Shown here piece after piece: positions 29,722-32,000 of a DNA stretch of 32,000 bases (position 1 is its first letter; every line of letters starts with the position of its first letter). The stretch is taken from positions 1-32,000 of the forward strand of contig NC_000962.3 of NCBI RefSeq assembly GCF_000195955.2, written 5' to 3'. A model generated the notes under the pieces. It was given only the letters and a program-made list of their open reading frames with translations, was not told the origin of the DNA and did not search any database. The position numbers were made by a program, and so were the translations under genes. The DNA comes from Mycobacterium tuberculosis H37Rv (GTDB lineage: Bacteria > Actinomycetota > Actinomycetes > Mycobacteriales > Mycobacteriaceae).

Positions 29722-31068
29722 GTGGCGTTTGACGCGGCGATGTCCACGCACGAAGATCTCCTTGCCACGATCAGGTACGTCCGCGACCGAACCGGTGACC
29801 CAAACGCGTGGCAGACCGGGTTGACACCGACCGAGGTGACCGCGGTGGTCACGTCCACGACACGTTCCGAACAGCTCGATGCCATTTTGCGTAAGATCCG
29901 CCAGCGGCATTCGAACCTGTACTATCCAGCACCGCCCGATCGGGAACAAGGAGACGCCGCCCGTGCCATCGCGGATGCGGAAGCAGCTCTGGCACATCAG
30001 AATTCGGCTACCGCGCAGCTCGATCTGCAGGTCGTCTCGGCAATTCTGAACGCGCATCTGAAGACTGTCGAGGGTGGCGAATCGCTGCACGAGCTTCAGC
30101 AAGAGATCGAAGCCGCGGTACGCATTCGATCCGATCTGGACACTCCGGCCGGCGCGCGTGATTTCCAGCGTTTCTTGATCGGCAAGCTCAAGGATATCCG
30201 GGAGGTGGTTGCGACCGCGAGCCTGGACGCTGCGTCGAAATCCGCTCTGATGGCCGCCTGGACATCGCTGTATGACGCATCCAAGGGCGACCGTGGCGAT
30301 GCCGATGACCGCGGACCGGCGTCGGTCGGCTCGGGCGGCGCGCCCGCACGCGGTGCCGGTCAGCAGCCGGAGTTGCCGACACGAGCCGAACCCGATTGCC
30401 TCCTCGACTCGCTGCTGCTCGAGGATCCGGGTTTGCTGGCCGATGACCTACAGGTGCCGGGAGGCACATCCGCGGCAATACCATCAGCGTCGTCGACGCC
30501 AAGCCTGCCCAATCTTGGCGGAGCAACGATGCCGGGTGGCGGAGCAACACCGGCCTTGGTCCCCGGTGTGAGCGCGCCGGGTGGGCTTCCGCTCTCCGGC
30601 CTGCTGCGCGGCGTGGGTGACGAACCGGAGTTGACGGACTTCGACGAACGGGGACAAGAAGTCAGGGATCCGGCCGATTATGAGCATTCCAACGAACCGG
30701 ATGAGCGTCGCGCCGACGACCGAGAAGGCGCCGACGAGGACGCCGGGCTGGGCAAGTCAGAATCGCCACCGCAGGCTCCGACGACCGTGACGCTGCCCAA
30801 CGGTGAGACGGTGACCGCGGCCAGTCCCCAGCTCGCCGCGGCGATCAAGGCGGCGGCCAGCGGCACACCGATCGCAGATGCGTTCCAACAACAGGGAATT
30901 GCCATCCCGCTACCGGGAACCGCGGTCGCCAACCCCGTCGACCCCGCCCGGATCTCAGCGGGAGACGTAGGTGTGTTCACCGCCACGCCCTTGCCCTTGG
31001 CCCTAGCAAAGCTCTTCTGGACGGCCAGATTCAACACATCTCAGCCGTGCGAGGGCCAAACTTTCTAG
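29722..31068 (+). CDS. Protein of unknown function (Rv0026-like): paralogous helical domain, Pro-rich acidic linker, possibly frameshifted C-terminus
   Basis: 448-aa ORF from GTG 29722 (no clear SD; ATG 29740 is an alternative). Residues ~75-190 are paralogous to the 29245-29607 product. The central region is Pro/Gly/Ala/Asp/Glu-rich and low complexity. The last ~28 codons may be out of the ancestral frame (see findings). Confidence 0.8.
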   Translation: MAFDAAMSTHEDLLATIRYVRDRTGDPNAWQTGLTPTEVTAVVTSTTRSEQLDAILRKIRQRHSNLYYPAPPDREQGDAARAIADAEAALAHQNSATAQLDLQVVSAILNAHLKTVEGGESLHELQQEIEAAVRIRSDLDTPAGARDFQRFLIGKLKDIREVVATASLDAASKSALMAAWTSLYDASKGDRGDADDRGPASVGSGGAPARGAGQQPELPTRAEPDCLLDSLLLEDPGLLADDLQVPGGTSAAIPSASSTPSLPNLGGATMPGGGATPALVPGVSAPGGLPLSGLLRGVGDEPELTDFDERGQEVRDPADYEHSNEPDERRADDREGADEDAGLGKSESPPQAPTTVTLPNGETVTAASPQLAAAIKAAASGTPIADAFQQQGIAIPLPGTAVANPVDPARISAGDVGVFTATPLPLALAKLFWTARFNTSQPCEGQTF

Positions 31069-31188
31069 GCTGGATACATCCAGCGGCGACCGCGACCGCG
31101 CCGGCGAGGACCGAAGCACCGACACCAACCAGGCCGGCGGCCGCTCGATAGGTACTGACCGCCCGGTCACAACAAGAGGAGACAGCGG

Positions 31189-31506
31189 ATGACAGATCGA
31201 ATTCACGTGCAGCCTGCACATTTACGTCAGGCCGCTGCCCATCACCAGCAGACCGCCGACTACCTGCGGACCGTGCCGTCGTCGCACGACGCGATCCGCG
31301 AAAGTCTGGACTCGCTGGGGCCTATTTTCAGTGAGCTCCGCGACACCGGGCGTGAGCTGCTCGAGCTCAGAAAGCAGTGCTACCAGCAGCAAGCCGACAA
31401 CCACGCCGATATTGCCCAGAACCTGCGAACGTCGGCCGCGATGTGGGAGCAGCACGAGCGAGCGGCGTCGCGCAGCCTCGGCAACATCATTGACGGGAGC
31501 CGATGA
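31189..31506 (+). CDS. EspC-like small helical protein (Rv0027-like)
   Basis: 105 aa from ATG 31189, with a strong SD gaggag (31176-31181, 7-nt spacer). MTDRIHVQPAHLRQAAAHHQQTA... and ...SAAMWEQHERAASRSLGNIIDG parallel my recollection of EspC ([23 protein letters not shown]... and ...AAKIYSEADEAWRKAIDG). Confidence 0.85.
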   Translation: MTDRIHVQPAHLRQAAAHHQQTADYLRTVPSSHDAIRESLDSLGPIFSELRDTGRELLELRKQCYQQQADNHADIAQNLRTSAAMWEQHERAASRSLGNIIDGSR

Positions 31507-31513
31507 CAGGGCG

Positions 31514-31819
31514 ATGACCGACGCCAATCCCGCTTTCGACACGGTCCACCCCAGCGGGCACATTCTTGTTCGGTCCTGCCGCGGTGGATACATGCATAGC
31601 GTCTCGCTGAGCGAGGCGGCGATGGAGACCGACGCAGAAACCCTGGCGGAAGCCATCCTGCTCACCGCCGACGTGTCCTGCCTTAAAGCGTTGCTGGAAG
31701 TACGCAACGAGATCGTGGCGGCGGGCCACACCCCGTCCGCGCAGGTTCCCACGACCGACGACCTGAACGTCGCGATCGAAAAGCTGCTGGCCCATCAACT
31801 GCGCCGCCGTAACCGTTGA
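31514..31819 (+). CDS. Small YbaB/EbfC-like protein (Rv0028-like)
   Basis: 101 aa from ATG 31514, 7 bp after the previous stop. GHILVRSCRGGYMHSVSLSEAAMETDAETLAEAILLTADVSCLKALLEVRNEI fits the beta-strand, then 'l..d.e.Le..i', then helix pattern of YbaB-like proteins. The upstream in-frame part of the track ORF overlaps the previous gene. Confidence 0.8.
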   Translation: MTDANPAFDTVHPSGHILVRSCRGGYMHSVSLSEAAMETDAETLAEAILLTADVSCLKALLEVRNEIVAAGHTPSAQVPTTDDLNVAIEKLLAHQLRRRNR

Positions 31820-31823
31820 AGTG

Positions 31824-31967
31824 CTAGATGAGCCAGGTCTTGGTGCTGTCGGGATCGGGTGCGATGTCGGTGGGCGGCTCGATCGGATTGGGGCCGAACA
31901 ATTCTCGCGCTCGAGTGAGCAGAGCCCGCACCTCGTCGAGTTGCTGCTGCAGCGCAGAATCAGCCAT
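31824..31967 (-). CDS. Candidate unannotated small ORF (47 aa), hypothetical
   Basis: ATG 31967 to TAG 31824, with an in-frame stop 3 codons upstream. Product MADSALQQQLDEVRALLTRARELFGPNPIEPPTDIAPDPDSTKTWLI has a natural-looking composition (few Arg). Hand-counted GC3 is ~74%. It is not antisense to any gene. The SD is only weak (gggg 3 nt upstream). Below the length cutoff of the ORF track. Confidence 0.3.
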   Translation of the reverse strand: MADSALQQQLDEVRALLTRARELFGPNPIEPPTDIAPDPDSTKTWLI

Positions 31968-32000
31968 AACCCCACGCTACCCAGGCCCCGTCTGACACAC

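Noticed and set aside
25644-31819. The idea that everything downstream of tRNA-Leu (NMO gene, whiB5, XRE cluster) is a tRNA-associated genomic island.
   Set aside because: I saw no integrase, no repeat of the tRNA-Leu 3' end within the window and no obvious compositional shift by eye. whiB5 is, to my knowledge, broadly conserved in mycobacteria. The far boundary would lie outside the window, so this cannot be tested here.

Overview
This window is the origin-proximal 32 kb of a Mycobacterium tuberculosis-complex chromosome. Gene order, protein sequences and coordinates agree with what I remember of M. tuberculosis H37Rv bases 1-32000 (dnaA TTG start at base 1; gyrA codon 95 = AGC/Ser, as in H37Rv-type strains). 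This identification is recognition, not a database search. Content in order: dnaA, oriC, dnaN, recF, dciA (Rv0004), gyrB, gyrA, Rv0007, tRNA-Ile(GAT), tRNA-Ala(TGC), a ~0.67-kb scar of a decayed integrative element, cwsA, ppiA, Rv0010c, crgA, Rv0012 and trpG. Then come the minus-strand fhaA-fhaB-pstP-rodA-pbpA-pknA-pknB operon (four consecutive ATGA overlaps), tRNA-Leu(CAG), an NMO-family oxidoreductase (Rv0021c), whiB5 and a same-strand cluster Rv0023-Rv0028. The scar is a frameshifted tyrosine-integrase fragment bounded by a second copy of the tRNA-Ala 3' half. The DNA is very GC-rich, so the six-frame track is dominated by spurious off-frame and antisense ORFs, which I did not call. Most of the window is core, heavily studied biology. 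The least explained part, and my best candidate for an undescribed system, is the XRE-headed cluster at 27.6-31.9 kb. It holds an NlpC/P60 hydrolase without a signal peptide, two clearly paralogous helical-domain proteins, an EspC-like small protein and a YbaB-like small protein. That is an espACD-like layout with no ESX core genes in view. The annotated 3' end of its 448-aa gene looks frameshifted away from a degenerate NlpC/P60-like C-terminus. Other second-look items: an array of GC palindromes just upstream of the pstP start, a long-range inverted repeat able to sequester the ppiA start codon, repeated motifs in the whiB5/Rv0023 divergent region, an in-frame 18-bp tandem repeat in fhaA, and a possible 47-codon sORF at the window end. 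I saw no CRISPR array, rRNA, intact IS/transposase or prophage. All similarity statements are by-eye and need confirmation by search.
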